From the NCBI GenBank assembly GCA_051532055.1, contig JAOPTX010000015.1, positions 1-60,170 of the forward strand: a DNA stretch of 60,170 nt, read 5' to 3'. This DNA is from Fibrobacterales bacterium (lineage in GTDB: Bacteria > Fibrobacterota > Fibrobacteria > Fibrobacterales > JAOPTW01). The translations under genes were made by a program, and so were the position numbers. The notes below the pieces were generated by a model that saw only the letters and a program-made list of their open reading frames with translations, was not told the origin of the DNA and searched no databases. Below, piece after piece: positions 28,365 to 38,850 of this stretch (position 1 is the stretch's first letter; the number at the start of each line of letters is the position of its first letter).

Positions 28365-30260
28365 TTATTCTAAATAAGTATACCCATAGAGGCCGGAGCT
28401 ATAGATCGCTATAAATTCACGGCCTTCTTTTTGGGAAATATTTCCTGCTTTGACTGATGCAGTTACCCATGCTTCTATGGTGCGGACCATCTTCTTTGGT
28501 TCAAACTGAACATAGTCAAGTACATCAGCCACTGTCTCTCCATCAATTACTTGATCGATATTATACCCTGAATCTGTTACTGAAACATGTACTGCATTGG
28601 TGTCCCCAAAAAGGTTGTGAAGGTCTCCTAAAATCTCTTGATAGGCACCAACAAGAAAGGCTCCAAGATAGTAACGTTCGCCCTGCTTAATGGTGTGTAG
28701 TGGGAGGTAATTAGGGCGATTGGTCGTGGCGATATATGAACTGATTTTCCCATCAGAGTCACACGTAATGTCCTGAATCGTGCCTTGACGAGTTGGTTCT
28801 TCAGTTAATCGTTGGAGTGGCATGATTGGGAATATATGATCGATTGCCCATGAATCGGGTAGTGATTGAAAGAGAGAAAAGTTACAAAAGTATTTGTCAC
28901 TTAATATTTTACTCAGTGCCTTAAATTCTTCAGGAGGGCGGCCTTTCTGTGAAATGATTTGGTGTACTTCATGGCAAATAGACCAATAGAGTTTTTCAAT
29001 CTTTGCTCGTGAAATCAGGTCGAGCACTCCGAGGCTAAAACGGTCGAGCGCCTCTTCACGAATAGCCTGAGCATCGTGAAAATTTTCCATCATTCTCTTC
29101 GAGATGAGTTGGTCATGGAGTGTGTAAAGCTCTTTTACGAGTTCATGATCGGTGTCAATAATGCTATCTGTATCATTATTCCACATGGGGACAGAAGAGG
29201 CTTCGAGAACTTCAAATACGAGTAATGAGTGGTGTGCACTTAATGAGCGGCCAGACTCTGTTATAATATTAGGGTGGGGAAGATTGTTTTTATCACTTGC
29301 ATCAACAAAGGTATAAATGGCATCATTGACATACTCTTGTACAGTATAGTTAACACTGCTATCACTGAGAGATGAGCGGGTTCCATCATAATCAACACCG
29401 AGTCCACCGCCAATGTCTACATACTCAACCGCATGCCCCATTTTCTTTAATTGAACATAAAATTGGGCGGCCTCTTTCATAGCATTAATAATGCTTCGTA
29501 TTTTATTGACCTGACTCCCAATATGAAAATGGATTAATTGGAAGCAGTCATGCATTTCATGAGTTTCAAGGAGTTCGAGCGCTTCAAGAAGTTCGCTCGA
29601 AGTGAGGCCAAATTTGCTATTATCTCCTCCTGAATCTTCCCATTTACCACTGCCCGAACTCGCAAGTTTTACTCGCATACCCAATGTGGGTTTGACTTTA
29701 AGTCGCTGAGCAAGTTCAATAATGAGTTGAAGTTCTCTGGGCTTTTCAATCACGAGAAATATTTTACGCCCCATTTTTTGAGCAAGGAGCGCGAGTTCAA
29801 TATAATCTTCATCTTTATAGCCATTACATATTATTAAAGATTCACTATCGGTGTTGGTTGCGAGTACGGCATGGAGTTCTGGTTTCGACCCCGCTTCAAG
29901 ACCGATATTAAATTTACGTCCATGAGTAACAAGCTCTTCCACAACGGGGCGCATTTGATTTACTTTAATCGGATAAATAATATGGTTTTTACCGGTGTAA
30001 TTATACTCCTTTGAGGCTTTTTTAAAACAGGAATACATACTTTCGATTCTATCATCTAGGATATCGGTGAACCTTAAAAGTACTGGCGATGCAATATCTT
30101 GATCATCAATATTTTGCATGAGAACTGAGAGGTCGACGCTGGCCTTTCCTGAATAAGGAGTTACGGCAATATTACCGAGTTCGTTTATTGAATAGTACCC
30201 TGCACCCCATCCATTGATGTTGTAGAGCTCTGTTGATTGATCGATAGACCATTTTTTCAC
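28365..30260 (-). CDS. speA: Biosynthetic arginine decarboxylase
   Basis: YPIKVNQ, GLEAGSKPEL, HFHIGSQ, DIGGGLGVDYDG, DITCDSDG, GAYQEILGDLHNLFG; start moved to the GTG of VKKWS. Confidence 0.96.
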   Translation of the reverse strand: MKKWSIDQSTELYNINGWGAGYYSINELGNIAVTPYSGKASVDLSVLMQNIDDQDIASPVLLRFTDILDDRIESMYSCFKKASKEYNYTGKNHIIYPIKVNQMRPVVEELVTHGRKFNIGLEAGSKPELHAVLATNTDSESLIICNGYKDEDYIELALLAQKMGRKIFLVIEKPRELQLIIELAQRLKVKPTLGMRVKLASSGSGKWEDSGGDNSKFGLTSSELLEALELLETHEMHDCFQLIHFHIGSQVNKIRSIINAMKEAAQFYVQLKKMGHAVEYVDIGGGLGVDYDGTRSSLSDSSVNYTVQEYVNDAIYTFVDASDKNNLPHPNIITESGRSLSAHHSLLVFEVLEASSVPMWNNDTDSIIDTDHELVKELYTLHDQLISKRMMENFHDAQAIREEALDRFSLGVLDLISRAKIEKLYWSICHEVHQIISQKGRPPEEFKALSKILSDKYFCNFSLFQSLPDSWAIDHIFPIMPLQRLTEEPTRQGTIQDITCDSDGKISSYIATTNRPNYLPLHTIKQGERYYLGAFLVGAYQEILGDLHNLFGDTNAVHVSVTDSGYNIDQVIDGETVADVLDYVQFEPKKMVRTIEAWVTASVKAGNISQKEGREFIAIYSSGLYGYTYLE

Positions 30261-30474
30261 GATACATTCCCCTAAAGGCAAAAAGGCGATGAGAATGTAA
30301 AAATTTGAGAGGGGAATTTCCAACGTAAATTTATCATATTCAAAAATGAATGGATAGAAGTGAATAGGGTTTATCTCTCAGATTGGAGTGCATCTTTGTT
30401 AATTCAGGTCAAAAGCGGGATACTTTGGGCCATTTTTGTTACATTTCTGTCAAATCTAACCTCTGGGATAAGAG

Positions 30475-31368
30475 ATGACTGTTATAGTACCACAAGACTA
30501 TCATGCACGAGAAGCACTTCAAAACAAGCGCGTTTTCTGCATTACTCCTGAAAATGCGGAGCGGCAAGATATACGTCCACTCAGAGTTGGTATTTTAAAC
30601 ATCATGCCTAATGTTGAAACCTATGAGTTTAACCTTCTTTTTCCTTTAGGAAGAACGCCTCTACAAATTGAGCCCGTCTGGATTCGGTTAAATACTCATG
30701 AATACAAAAGTTCTCGTCGAGAGCACCTGGAAAACCTCTATATTTCATTTAAAGAGGCTAACAAAGACAAAGCTCTTGATGGGCTCATTATTACAGGTGC
30801 ACCGGTAGGTGAAGTTGCGTTTGATGATATCTCCTACTGGCCAGAACTTCAAGAAATCTTTGAGTTTGCAAAAGAGAATATACCGTCAACTCTCGGTATA
30901 TGTTGGGGTGGCATTGCTATAGCTAAGTGGATGGGTATTAATAAAATGCAATACCCTACAAAGCTTTTTGGCATATATGAGGGAGTAAATCTTGATCGCC
31001 AGCACCCTATTACTGGTGAAATTGATGATCACTTTTGGTGCCCACAAAGTCGCCATTCGGGGATCGAAGATTCGGTACTAGAAGCTGCAGCAAAAGAAGG
31101 TAAAGTTGCACTCCTTGCTCATGGTGAAGGTGCGGGCTACTTCATGTTTGAATCACCTGATCATCGGTTTTTGGTGCATCTTGGACATCCAGAATATAAT
31201 TCAGGTCGTATTGTTGATGAAGCTATACGGGACCAACAAAATCCTCGTGAAGATGTGCTTCCACCCGTACGTTTTGATATAGAGAAACCAATAAATGTGT
31301 GGCGTTCACACCGCAATGAATTTTTCTCTCAGTGGATAAAGCATATCTATCTAACGTGTGAGTTTTAA
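30475..31368 (+). CDS. metA: Homoserine O-acyltransferase MetA (Gly at specificity position, predicted succinyl-CoA user)
   Basis: QDIRPL, ILNIMP, IITGAPVG, ICWG, PQSRH, GHPEY, WRSH. Confidence 0.94.
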   Translation: MTVIVPQDYHAREALQNKRVFCITPENAERQDIRPLRVGILNIMPNVETYEFNLLFPLGRTPLQIEPVWIRLNTHEYKSSRREHLENLYISFKEANKDKALDGLIITGAPVGEVAFDDISYWPELQEIFEFAKENIPSTLGICWGGIAIAKWMGINKMQYPTKLFGIYEGVNLDRQHPITGEIDDHFWCPQSRHSGIEDSVLEAAAKEGKVALLAHGEGAGYFMFESPDHRFLVHLGHPEYNSGRIVDEAIRDQQNPREDVLPPVRFDIEKPINVWRSHRNEFFSQWIKHIYLTCEF

Positions 31369-31411
31369 ATAGAGGGCTTCTATAGCCCCTTTCTGTATTT
31401 TCGGGTACAAT

Positions 31412-33952
31412 TTATGGTGTAATTTCAATAGGAAGGTCAACTACTGGTGGTTCATAGTAGTAGAGAAGCCCTTCTTCTGTAGTAATTAAAATATGATCTT
31501 CAAAAAGCCTATAGCTCTTAAGCGTGTCTGGAAATGATTGTGAGTTAATGATTTTCCCAGTTTTCAGAGAATAGGTGTTAAGCTGTTTACCTTCTGCAGA
31601 TATGAATTCATCATTATTCACCAATAGAAACTGGGAATTGTTGAGTGATTTATTCCACGAGAGAAATCCATTTGTTTTATTTAAGCATGAAATTTGCCCA
31701 TAGTCAGTTTCAACAATAACGCAATGGGTACTGTTCATTAGTGATTTGATTGACTTTGAATAATTTACGGTCCAGTGGGGTAAGAGCGAGAGTTGTTTTC
31801 GTGCTATGACTTGGTTTCTACTATTTGCAAAATAGAGATTATTACTGTCACTAATAACATCAATAATAGGTACCGGAGAAAGAGGGTGATTGCTGAGTGG
31901 GAGTCCCGTTGATCGATTGATGTTATAAATGAGCCCATTTTGTGAAACGATAGCAATAGTTTCAGGGTGAATGGTATTGGGGAAAAATACTTTATCGGTG
32001 GTAAAGGGGAGTGACCATGAGACTTTAAACGGTTGCTTCTGAATCATATGAAGGGTGTGGTTTTTAGTATATGCAAGGAGAATATCATCGTATCCTTTGA
32101 GCTGGTGTATTAAGCCGGGGAGTGTGGCAGAGTTGTTGGTTTGTTCACCCGGGGTGAGGCTAAGTTGGTACATTACTGAATCGGGAGTAGTATAGATATG
32201 CGAGGAATCAATGAGGGAGAAAAGTTGTGGTGTAATAAGGGTAAGAGGAAATTCCCAACTGTGAATGTTACTGCGAAGATCAATTGCAGTAATTCCTTTT
32301 GAATCAACGATATAGTAATGGGTATTGTCGAGGAGGATATCGGCGGCATAGTTTCTATTATTTTGGATGCGTTCAACCCAGGATGCGCCAATAAGGTCTG
32401 CATAACTGCGTAGTGTTTGTTTATAAAGAGAATCGGGTTCTGTTGCATGGATGACCGCTCTGTGGAGAAGGGGGGCACAGTCTTCAGTGTTCTCCTTGTT
32501 ATTAATACAAAGGTGGGCTTTAAGTTCGTGAGCTAAATTATTACCGGGCTCTTTTTGAAGTACTTGATTGAGCATAACAAGTGTTTGATTAATGTCGCTC
32601 TGTTGGGTATCTTGAATTCGGGATAGTGTTCGCTCTTGCTGTGTGGGTAGGTTACCAAAGTAGAGATTATTTAAAATGATAAGTTGAGTGGGGGTGGTGC
32701 ACACTATGCTGGAATCATTCGTAAGTGGTGGGGCTGAAAAAGATGACCCGAGTTGATACACCCAATGTTGAGTACCGTCAAAATCATAACTCATTAAGTC
32801 ACCTTGGGTATTATACAGTCCAATTTTATTATCAAGATTAGAGAGTGAGGTCGCAGAGGTCTGGCGTGACCAACTGGTTTCACCGGTAAGGGTGTTGATT
32901 TTTGATAGAGTACCATCGAGTGAAAGGTGAATAAAATAGTCGTGGTAGATAAAACCACTCCCGGTTCGAGGATAGGTGACGGTCCAATCTGCCGAGACTG
33001 ACTCGTTGATGATAAGTTTTTGTAGTGAGCTTTCATAGATGGCCAGGATCCCATCTCGAAGAGGAAAAAATTTATTTGGTTGTGCAGGTAGTGTAAAACG
33101 TGATTTGATAGACCCATCAAGAAGTGACCGGATGATGAGGGTGTTATCTGAACAAAGTTCTGCAATCCCATTTATGTATGGGATAAAGCTACTAAAAGTA
33201 CATTTGTCGGGAGTCTCTTTGTCGGTTGACCATACTTTCGTGTCGGTTCTCAAAAGGGAAACTTTGTCCTGTGCATGAATATAAATGGTGTGGTCGGGTG
33301 TGTACTCAGCCCAGAGAATGGGGGCGTCAGCTCGATAGATATAGGTGGCTTTTATGGGGAGCATTTGTTGAATGGTAATGACGTTGCGCGATAGATTGAG
33401 ATGTACAATAATTGTATCGGTAATAAATAGGATGGAGTCATTGCGAGGAATGCCTACATAAAGAGGGGTTAGTTCATCGTTGTTGAGTGCAAAGAGTTCA
33501 TTTTGTTTTGATACGACAATCAATGACTCTTTTGTTTTTATCACCCGATCAGGGGTCATGCCTGTTTTTATTGAAGGATGGATAAAGGTGACGGGTGCAC
33601 TGTTCAGTGATGTAAGGAGGGTTCCCACCCATGTTCGTTTAGAAGCGGGAAGAAGTGGGGCGTTATATACGGTGAAAAAATGGTTGAGCGCCTCTGTAGT
33701 ATCTTGGCGTGTTAAAGCGTATCTACCCAAGAGGGTATGGACATCTAAAAAGACGGGACTTGCAGGTTGCGTTGATAGCGAATCAAGAGTAATGAGTGCT
33801 TGTTCAATATTTTGGTGCATCTCCAAATTAAAGCTTGCTCGTTGATAGGTGATAATGTCTTGATGATAGACATTTTTTGCACTACTCACTCCCGATAGGG
33901 TGAGTATACAGAGCCAAATGGCTACTATTATATAGGTGGAATTAGATCTCAT
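31412..33952 (-). CDS. Exported PQQ-like beta-propeller / TPR repeat protein
   Basis: Signal peptide, repeated G..xW propeller blades (TGETSW, DGTQHW, NGFLSW), TPR-like segment (VLQKEPGN); 4-bp overlap with the regulator. Confidence 0.72.
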   Translation of the reverse strand: MRSNSTYIIVAIWLCILTLSGVSSAKNVYHQDIITYQRASFNLEMHQNIEQALITLDSLSTQPASPVFLDVHTLLGRYALTRQDTTEALNHFFTVYNAPLLPASKRTWVGTLLTSLNSAPVTFIHPSIKTGMTPDRVIKTKESLIVVSKQNELFALNNDELTPLYVGIPRNDSILFITDTIIVHLNLSRNVITIQQMLPIKATYIYRADAPILWAEYTPDHTIYIHAQDKVSLLRTDTKVWSTDKETPDKCTFSSFIPYINGIAELCSDNTLIIRSLLDGSIKSRFTLPAQPNKFFPLRDGILAIYESSLQKLIINESVSADWTVTYPRTGSGFIYHDYFIHLSLDGTLSKINTLTGETSWSRQTSATSLSNLDNKIGLYNTQGDLMSYDFDGTQHWVYQLGSSFSAPPLTNDSSIVCTTPTQLIILNNLYFGNLPTQQERTLSRIQDTQQSDINQTLVMLNQVLQKEPGNNLAHELKAHLCINNKENTEDCAPLLHRAVIHATEPDSLYKQTLRSYADLIGASWVERIQNNRNYAADILLDNTHYYIVDSKGITAIDLRSNIHSWEFPLTLITPQLFSLIDSSHIYTTPDSVMYQLSLTPGEQTNNSATLPGLIHQLKGYDDILLAYTKNHTLHMIQKQPFKVSWSLPFTTDKVFFPNTIHPETIAIVSQNGLIYNINRSTGLPLSNHPLSPVPIIDVISDSNNLYFANSRNQVIARKQLSLLPHWTVNYSKSIKSLMNSTHCVIVETDYGQISCLNKTNGFLSWNKSLNNSQFLLVNNDEFISAEGKQLNTYSLKTGKIINSQSFPDTLKSYRLFEDHILITTEEGLLYYYEPPVVDLPIEITP

Positions 33953-34635
33953 ACGTCGAATTTGTAACCTGCACCCCGAATAGATAAAATGATTTCTGGT
34001 TGTGAAGGGTTGGCTTCAAGTTTTTGTCTTAGTTTAACAATATGATTATCGACGGTTCTAGTGGTGGGCATTGCATCAATATCGTATCCCCAAACATCTT
34101 GAAGAATATCTTCCCGGAGTACCACTTCACTTTTGCGTTGACTAAAGTATTTCATGATTTGAAACTCTTTAGTGTTGAGGTCAATGGGCACTTGATCTTT
34201 AGTTGCAATGAATCGTTTGAAATCTATGAAGATACCATTAAAGCTAATAGTGTTCTCTGTCGAACTATTGAGTTGGTCTCTACGAATAAATGATTTGCTT
34301 CGTGCAAGGAGTTCAAGTATTGAAAATGGCTTGCGAACGTAGTCGTCGGCCCCCATTTCGAGTCCAGTAAGTATACTCGATTCATCTGTTTTTGCAGTGA
34401 GCATGATAATAAAAACTGTGGGCATTTTTTTTCGGAGATAGCGACATACTTCATACCCACTTTTTTTGGGGAGCATAAGATCTAGAATTATGAGTTGTGG
34501 TTTGAACGATTCGGCTATGGTAATTGCTTCTTCACCATCAACGGCAACAGCGACATCATATCCCTCCAATTCAAAGTTGTCTTTTAAGCCGAGGCGAATG
34601 ACCTCTTCATCTTCTACTATGAGTACTTTATCCAT
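33949..34635 (-). CDS. OmpR/PhoB family response regulator
   Basis: VEDE, LDLMLP, LTAK, GADDYVRKPF, TRTVDNHIVKLRQKLE, RGAGYKF. Confidence 0.96.
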   Translation of the reverse strand: MDKVLIVEDEEVIRLGLKDNFELEGYDVAVAVDGEEAITIAESFKPQLIILDLMLPKKSGYEVCRYLRKKMPTVFIIMLTAKTDESSILTGLEMGADDYVRKPFSILELLARSKSFIRRDQLNSSTENTISFNGIFIDFKRFIATKDQVPIDLNTKEFQIMKYFSQRKSEVVLREDILQDVWGYDIDAMPTTRTVDNHIVKLRQKLEANPSQPEIILSIRGAGYKFDV

Positions 34636-34661
34636 GGTTTCTCCTTCTGCATCAAATGTGG

Positions 34662-36698
34662 TTACCCTTGAGGTGCATATTTAAAAAATACTTTGAATTT
34701 TGCACCTGCACCCGGTTTACTCTCGACGGTGATTCGTGCATTGTGTGCGTCAGTTATTCGTTTAACTATTGCGAGACCAAGCCCGCTCCCTTTTGTTGTT
34801 CTTGTGAGTTCATTGCCGACACGATAAAAGTCTGTAAAGATTTTTCGGTGCTCATTTTTAGGGATGCCTGGTCCAGAGTCTTCAACACTGTAACAGACTT
34901 CTTTTTCATCGTGAGAAACGGTAATATGAATTGCGCCCCCTTCGGGGGTATATTTGATAGCATTACCAGCAAGATTTTGAATAACACTGATGATGCTTTT
35001 TTCATTGCCCTCAATAATCGATGAATGTTCTATGGCTCGAGTAAGAACAATCGTTTTAGCTGCGCATTGTGTTTCAAAAGGTGTTAAGATATCAGCAACT
35101 AAACAACTGAGGTCAATGGGGGTTACAATTTGAGTTGTCGGCGATTGTTCCCAGTTGCTATACTCAAGAATATCATCAATGAGTGTCTGTAGTCGGTTTG
35201 ACTCTTTTTCAATGAGACCAGAATATTGAGCAACTTTACTGCTGTCAGATATTCGTCCTGTTTTAAGTGTTTCCGAAAGCATTTTAATGGAGGTGATAGG
35301 GGTTTTGAGCTCGTGTGAAACGCTTGACACAAAATTTGTTTTCATGTAGAGCAACTTTTTCTCTTGTCGAATTCCTCGTATAATTACGGCAGATCCAACG
35401 ATAAGAGTAATGATAGATGTTGCGAGTAAGCTGTATAGAAATATTTTTTTTCGGTTGGCCATTGCGATAAGTTTGCTCTCACCAGTCTTATATATTTGAA
35501 GGCGGAGTTTGGGTAGGTGACTGCTGATACTGATATCTTTATAAAAATCCACATCGGGTGCGGGGCTATTCGCATGAATTATTTGACCATCATACAGGAT
35601 GCGATATGAAATCTTGGATGCAAATGTTTTTGGGATAGCTCTTAAGGTATGAGTGAAAAAACTTGTCCGATCAAACAGTCCTATGAGTGATTGGTTGTGC
35701 CCTGTGTAATTGTCTCCAATTTTAATAAAAAGCTGAGTACTATCAGCTCGACTACGGATACCAAAGTTAGACTGGTCACCACTTGAATTCATAGATGAGA
35801 GAAGTTCATGGTGTTGAATATATTGATAGGTGTGATTGGTATGGAGTTGCCAGTTTATATGTATGTTCCATAAAAAGTCACGATCTCTTACGGTGAGGTA
35901 TTCATAGGAGAGAAGTATCCCAAAAATTTCTGAATGTAAAAACTGGATCTGATTGATGTTGTAGGCACTAGGATTTCTAAAGTATTGGGTAATGATCAGT
36001 TTGGTGAGTTCGATAGCGTCGGGATAACGGCCCAGGGCAATATAAGCTCTAAACTGAGTGAGCCAGAGCCATGGAGTGATATCACCAGAGTAGAGTCCTT
36101 GAATGGGTTGAAACTCGAGAAGCTTGTTGCAATACCGTATCGTACCGCTGTGATTGCCGATGAGGGCATAGAGTTTAATGATTTCAACGAAGTTGTGTTT
36201 TTGTAAGAATGGGGTTAGAAGCTGGTTTTGTGAGCGTTTAATTCTTTTTCGTATGAGTGCCATACGTTCAGGCTTTGTTTGGGGAGGGGACAACCACTCT
36301 TTCTCAAAGGGGTCGAGCTCTCCTGATAGGAGTTGACTTTGAGTGGTTGTGATGAAACTTATGTTGGGATAGATAAGGTTATTAGCGTAGTAGAGAAATA
36401 ACCCCTGTACTTCAGGGAGTTTGTCGAATGAATAGTTGTGTGGGTTTTGTGCAGGGTTAGGGAGCAGGTCATGAATCGTGAGCGCGAGTCGAGCAGTGGT
36501 TCTATAGGTGCCATCAAGGGAATGGTGAATAGTATTACGAGTAACGGATTCGAACTCTTTGAGTTGGTCATACTCTTTGTTTTCAATGAGAACTACTTCC
36601 TGTGTAATGCTTCTAATACTTAAAAATGCCAATATACAGGTAGGCAATAAAATTGAAAGTAAAAACAGGTATATAACGTGTCTATTGGTGAAGCGCAT
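34662..36698 (-). CDS. Sensor histidine kinase with large extracytoplasmic domain
   Basis: Two TM helices, SHELKTP, NAIKY, DSGPGI, GSGLGL; start moved to MRFTN. Confidence 0.93.
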   Translation of the reverse strand: MRFTNRHVIYLFLLSILLPTCILAFLSIRSITQEVVLIENKEYDQLKEFESVTRNTIHHSLDGTYRTTARLALTIHDLLPNPAQNPHNYSFDKLPEVQGLFLYYANNLIYPNISFITTTQSQLLSGELDPFEKEWLSPPQTKPERMALIRKRIKRSQNQLLTPFLQKHNFVEIIKLYALIGNHSGTIRYCNKLLEFQPIQGLYSGDITPWLWLTQFRAYIALGRYPDAIELTKLIITQYFRNPSAYNINQIQFLHSEIFGILLSYEYLTVRDRDFLWNIHINWQLHTNHTYQYIQHHELLSSMNSSGDQSNFGIRSRADSTQLFIKIGDNYTGHNQSLIGLFDRTSFFTHTLRAIPKTFASKISYRILYDGQIIHANSPAPDVDFYKDISISSHLPKLRLQIYKTGESKLIAMANRKKIFLYSLLATSIITLIVGSAVIIRGIRQEKKLLYMKTNFVSSVSHELKTPITSIKMLSETLKTGRISDSSKVAQYSGLIEKESNRLQTLIDDILEYSNWEQSPTTQIVTPIDLSCLVADILTPFETQCAAKTIVLTRAIEHSSIIEGNEKSIISVIQNLAGNAIKYTPEGGAIHITVSHDEKEVCYSVEDSGPGIPKNEHRKIFTDFYRVGNELTRTTKGSGLGLAIVKRITDAHNARITVESKPGAGAKFKVFFKYAPQG

Positions 36699-36831
36699 AG
36701 GGCCTTCAATATTTCTATTGAAATGGGAGTATTTCAGTAAAAATATCAAAAATAATTGGCGTAGAGTAGTACAAAAGGTGTTATTATTCTATAATGGCAC
36801 TTTAGCAGTATATCAGGGTCCAGCACGTTTT

Positions 36832-38070
36832 ATGAATAAAAATGTATTTATTGGTAGGCAACCCATTCTCAATGGTGCGCAAGAGATTATTGCTTATGAA
36901 CTTCTCTTTCGAGATAGTCTCGATGATAATACCGCACGTTTCGATGATGATGTTCTTGCAACATCACGAGTAATGGTGACGGTTCTCAGTTCAATAGGGG
37001 TTAACCGAGTACTTGGAGACAAGCTCGGCTTTGTGAATATCAATGAGAAAATTATCGAAAAAAATATTTTTGAACCTTTTGATCGTACAAAATTTGTTTT
37101 TGAATTTCTCGAGACTACCGAAATTTCTGATGATTTCATCGTTGAAGTGACCAAGATGAAAAACGAAGGCTATGTATTTGCTCTTGATGATTTTGTGGTT
37201 AGTGAAGAGAATCTCAAAAAGTTTGCCCCTCTTTTCGACCTTATATCTATTGTGAAAATTGATATTATGCTTAATGATATGAGTTCGCTTGCTGGTAAAC
37301 TCGGTATTTTTAAGGATAAGGGAATAGAGCTTCTCGCAGAAAAAGTTGAAACACTCGAAGTTTTTGAACAGTGTAAGGAAATGGGCTTTGACCTCTTCCA
37401 AGGCTTCTTTTTTGCGAAACCTATTATTATTAAAGGTAAACATATTGATCATAAAGAAATTGCAGTACTCGACCTTGTACGGTTGTTACAACAAGGTGCT
37501 GAAATTGATCTTATTGAAAATGAATTTAAAAAATATCCCGACCTAACCTTCTCTCTGTTTAAATATGTAAACTCGGCCTCACTTTCGAGAGGAAACGACA
37601 TCCAGTCGGTACGGCAGGCTCTTGCATTATTGGGTGAAAAACGTATTCTTCAGTGGCTCTACATTATGCTCTATGCGAAATCGTATAGAGGGGAGACGGG
37701 TGCTAATCCGCTCTTTATAACAGCAAGTCAGCGAGCTAAGAGTATGGAGCTTCTTTATAGACGTATTCATAAAAATGCGAGCCAAGAACTTCTGGATAGA
37801 GCCTTTCTTGTGGGCATGCTTTCTCAGCTTGATGCGTTACTCCATGTAAGTATTGAGGAAATACTCGAAGAGCTTAATGTAACCAAAGAGATATCAACAG
37901 CAATTCTCCACAAAGATGGTGAGCTTGGTGTGATACTTGAGTTGATCCTTTCGTCTGAACAGTATGACCTTGATCGCGTAAAAGAGATTCTGGAAAAGGT
38001 TAGTATCAGCAATGAAGACCTTGTTTCAGCTACCCTTGATAGTTACTCTTGGATAGAGAGCCTCAAGTAA
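36832..38070 (+). CDS. EAL-like plus HDOD domain protein (YuxH/CdgJ-type)
   Basis: GRQPI, YELLFR, ALDDF, LAEKVET, FQGFFF, C-terminal HDOD; start moved to MNKNVF. Confidence 0.9.
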   Translation: MNKNVFIGRQPILNGAQEIIAYELLFRDSLDDNTARFDDDVLATSRVMVTVLSSIGVNRVLGDKLGFVNINEKIIEKNIFEPFDRTKFVFEFLETTEISDDFIVEVTKMKNEGYVFALDDFVVSEENLKKFAPLFDLISIVKIDIMLNDMSSLAGKLGIFKDKGIELLAEKVETLEVFEQCKEMGFDLFQGFFFAKPIIIKGKHIDHKEIAVLDLVRLLQQGAEIDLIENEFKKYPDLTFSLFKYVNSASLSRGNDIQSVRQALALLGEKRILQWLYIMLYAKSYRGETGANPLFITASQRAKSMELLYRRIHKNASQELLDRAFLVGMLSQLDALLHVSIEEILEELNVTKEISTAILHKDGELGVILELILSSEQYDLDRVKEILEKVSISNEDLVSATLDSYSWIESLK

Positions 38071-38849
38071 TGGATTTTTCTCCGAAGTCTATGCTTCAGG
38101 GGGTTAATACTATTGCTGCGACTGCGGCATCTTTGGTAATGGATTATTATAATGCAGGATTTGAAGTAACCTACAAAGAGGATGATTCGCCTCTTACCTC
38201 TGCCGATATAGCTGCACATAATTACATAACTTCAGAACTTCATAAAATGTGGCCTTTAATCCCAATAGTCTCAGAAGAGGGTGAAATTCCCGCCTATGAG
38301 ATACGGAAAAAATGGGACTATTTTTGGCTTGTTGATCCTATTGATGGTACAAAAGAATTTGCTCAAAAAGAAGATGAGTTTACGGTCAATATTGCTCTAA
38401 TTCGGGGCTCTGAGGTAGTTCTTGGAGTTGTTATAGCTCCTGCTCTTGATAAACATTATTATAGTGCCGAAGGTGTTGGTTCGATTTTATTGGATAGTAA
38501 GGGCGAACATTTTTTACAGCCACCTCAAGTTATTAAGGGGACGCCATTGGATGCGTCTGGACTTATTACTTTATTAAGTAAGTCCCATAGAGAACCTGAA
38601 ATAGATGACTACATTGCGCAGCTCCCTAATGTATCGCCAATGACGATAGGGTCTTCTCTTAAGTTTTGCACCATTGCCGATGGAACTGCAGATTTGTATC
38701 CACGAATGGCCCCTCTAAAAGAGTGGGATATTGCTGCAGGTCATGCGGTCGTTAAGTTTGCAGGGCGTAACGTGTACCAAATGAAGACGTGTAATGAGTA
38801 TTGCTATAATAGCGCTACTCTCACTGTAACCCCTTTTGAGGCCTATTAA
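38070..38849 (+). CDS. cysQ: 3'(2'),5'-bisphosphate nucleotidase CysQ
   Basis: SPLTSAD, VSEE, WLVDPIDGTKEF, GSSLKFC, EWDIAAG; TAATG coupling. Confidence 0.94.
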   Translation: MDFSPKSMLQGVNTIAATAASLVMDYYNAGFEVTYKEDDSPLTSADIAAHNYITSELHKMWPLIPIVSEEGEIPAYEIRKKWDYFWLVDPIDGTKEFAQKEDEFTVNIALIRGSEVVLGVVIAPALDKHYYSAEGVGSILLDSKGEHFLQPPQVIKGTPLDASGLITLLSKSHREPEIDDYIAQLPNVSPMTIGSSLKFCTIADGTADLYPRMAPLKEWDIAAGHAVVKFAGRNVYQMKTCNEYCYNSATLTVTPFEAY

Positions 38850-38850
38850 T

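Noticed and set aside
36559..36831. Long overlapping N-terminal extensions of the kinase and EAL-HDOD ORFs
   Set aside because: Artefacts of longest-ORF calling; domain-consistent starts are 36698 (-) and 36832 (+)
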